Assembly: GCA_002633005.1 (NCBI GenBank)
Contig: NMRA01000060.1
Coordinates: forward strand, 289,472-353,471
DNA: 64,000 bases
Source of the DNA: Phoronis australis
Lineage: Eukaryota; Animalia; Phoronida
Direction of reading: 5' to 3'
A program made the position numbers and the translations under genes. The notes under the pieces were generated by a model. It saw only the letters and a program-made list of their open reading frames with translations, did no database searches and was not told where the DNA came from. Positions 63,212 to 64,000 of the stretch are shown here, one piece after another (the stretch's first letter is position 1; the number at the start of each line of letters is the position of its first letter).

Positions 63212-64000
63212 ATATTATATTGTCACTGAGTTTAAATGTTGTCATTATGACATTTAATTATAAACCAAAGCTCGAAAATAGGATGAGTGGTGGTAGTCAT
63301 GCAATAATTCTAAAATCAGTGAATGTTTATTTTAGGATAATTTTACTGATGCCGTAGTGTCTCTACCATATTTTGCATATTTTTTTTTGAAAAATGTTAC
63401 TAACAGCTTGTGTATAAAATAAGTTTTTGGAGACTGTGATGCAACGGTGTTCCAGACGGGATGAGGATGTAATGTGCTAGTGTTTATGACCTTGTGTATT
63501 TTAAAAGATTTATTTTTATATTATAACCAGGAAAGGTTTGAATAATTAGCAGTTAAAATTGATGGTGATTGTTTTATGTGATTAAAAACATTGTACAAAG
63601 AACAGAATTTGTGTTTTTGTTTAGTAACAGTACGCAGCTGCAATAAACGGACAACATGCTTTGTGCCTGACAAGACAGGTCATTACCAAATATTCTGACT
63701 GTGAATTCTGCTGGCACTTGTCCATCGTGACCAGGAGTTCTGCTTATTAAGTTCTTGTGATCTTGATGGGGCTTTTTGTGTTGGATTATACTCATTATGT
63801 ACTGTAGATTTACATTAATTGTGCGAGTACAACTTGGAAGTGTTGAAAATGAAGATTGACATAAGATGATGGACGCTGTTTACCATTTAATGAGTGGAAC
63901 TGGAAGAAGCTTACATGGTGATGTTTGGTGGTCACATTAAACATTAAAATGCATTACAGAGATTTTTATAAATAATATCATCATGTGTCATAATGTCACC

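Overview
This is AT-rich, intron-rich animal genomic DNA, probably from a marine invertebrate (organism not determinable), not a prokaryote. Most entries in the ORF track are spurious. Two spliced genes can be rebuilt by hand. (1) Plus strand: a complete 13-coding-exon TTC39C orthologue (43235-59655, 605 aa, all GT-AG introns with consistent phases). (2) Minus strand: a signal-peptide protein with three Ig domains, L1/neuroglian/hemolin-like (coding exons 10350 down to 288, about 358 aa). It appears to lack any membrane anchor, needs a 12-nt micro-exon, and has a rewired cysteine pattern. Its probable non-coding first exon lies about 30.7 kb upstream (near 41043), head-to-head with TTC39C. The long intron holds a dense cluster of AP-1, Runx and NF-kB-like motifs. 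Intergenic and intronic DNA carries many non-autonomous elements: Helentron-associated (HINE/DINE-like) elements with arrays of CTCF-like motifs, a very young 672-bp foldback element with an 8-bp TSD, several MITE and hairpin families, and a LINE tail. Three near-identical duplications abut single-N gaps and look like unmerged haplotypes.
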